Part shown: piece by piece, positions 14,071 to 14,327 of the stretch | Layout of the letters: each line of letters opens with the position of its first letter | How positions within the stretch are numbered: position 1 is the stretch's first letter | Origin: a virus | DNA length: 14,327 nucleotides | Reading direction: 5' to 3' (one strand) | UHGV virus genome: UHGV-0149611 | Translations under genes and position numbers: made by a program | The notes under the pieces: generated by a model | Seen by the model: only the letters and a program-made list of their open reading frames with translations | Databases searched by the model: none | What the model was told of the DNA's origin: nothing

Positions 14071-14212
14071 AATTATCTTTGTAGATAAGTTATTAAGCTT
14101 ACCTGTGAGTATGCGACCACAAAGGGTGAAAGGGTAAATTCTAGATTTAAACCCAAAAAGGCACATCGCTACAGACCTTAAGCAAGTCTGGGTAGCTTAT
14201 CTACAAAGATAA
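14071..14212 (+). repeat. 19-bp perfect inverted repeat AATTATCTTTGTAGATAAG (14071-14089) / CTTATCTACAAAGATAATT (14194-14212) enclosing ~104 nt
   Basis: Exact reverse complementarity; the enclosed segment contains a compact CAGACC-TTAAGCAA-GTCTGG version of the element motif (14171-14190). Confidence 0.7.
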
Positions 14213-14218
14213 TTTAAT

Positions 14219-14278
14219 GGAAGTGTAGCAGAATGGTGATGCGGCAGACTTTTAATCTGACAGGCGATGGGTTCGAAT
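14219..14278 (+). tRNA. tRNA-Lys (anticodon UUU), 3' end truncated by the end of the real insert
   Basis: Acceptor 5' GGAAGTG, D-arm GCA/TGC, anticodon arm GCAGA-CTTTTAA-TCTGA, T-stem 5' ATGGG plus T-loop TTCGAAT, then adapter begins. Confidence 0.55.
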
Positions 14279-14327
14279 CTGTCTCTTATACACATCTCCG
14301 AGCCCACGAGACACTCGCTAATCTCGT
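14279..14327. other. Illumina Nextera adapter read-through (not biological sequence)
   Basis: CTGTCTCTTATACACATCT + CCGAGCCCACGAGAC + 8-nt index ACTCGCTA + ATCTCGT, the transposase mosaic end followed by the i7/P7 adapter layout. Confidence 0.95.

Noticed and set aside
13909-14166. 85-aa ORF on the minus strand
   Set aside because: Overlaps the permuted tRNA-like element and the inverted-repeat region; no SD and structured-RNA sequence explains the interval better.

Overview
The window reads as a segment of a virulent, AT-rich dsDNA phage of a Gram-negative host: dense genes with strong Shine-Dalgarno sites, short gene overlaps, a P22/T4-type lysozyme, Ig-like domains and a tRNA cluster. From left to right: (1) four small rightward ORFs (75-1812), each preceded by a conserved ~70-bp cassette (stop codon, G-rich hairpin, CACTAAATAAA, GGAG, ATG); (2) a ~1.5-kb stop-rich non-coding region (1877-3420) built from short words phased at about 10-11 bp, bracketed by convergent terminators; (3) a leftward block of about 16 genes (3463-10843), mostly unknowns plus the lysozyme, an Ig-like-repeat protein and its standalone paralogue; (4) a divergent control region; (5) a rightward small basic protein and a 471-aa vWA/MIDAS protein; (6) a rightward tRNA cluster (Pro, Glu, CAU, Asn, Tyr, Asp, partial Lys, most with encoded CCA) interspersed with a family of elements bounded by co-varying inverted repeats. 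One of these (13938-14070) encloses a circularly permuted tRNA-like domain. Together with the upstream vWA protein this is my best candidate for an undescribed system, a possible phage Ro60-like/Y-RNA-like module. The last 49 nt (14279-14327) are Illumina Nextera adapter, so the sequence is truncated inside tRNA-Lys. All calls are by eye; no searches or folding were run.
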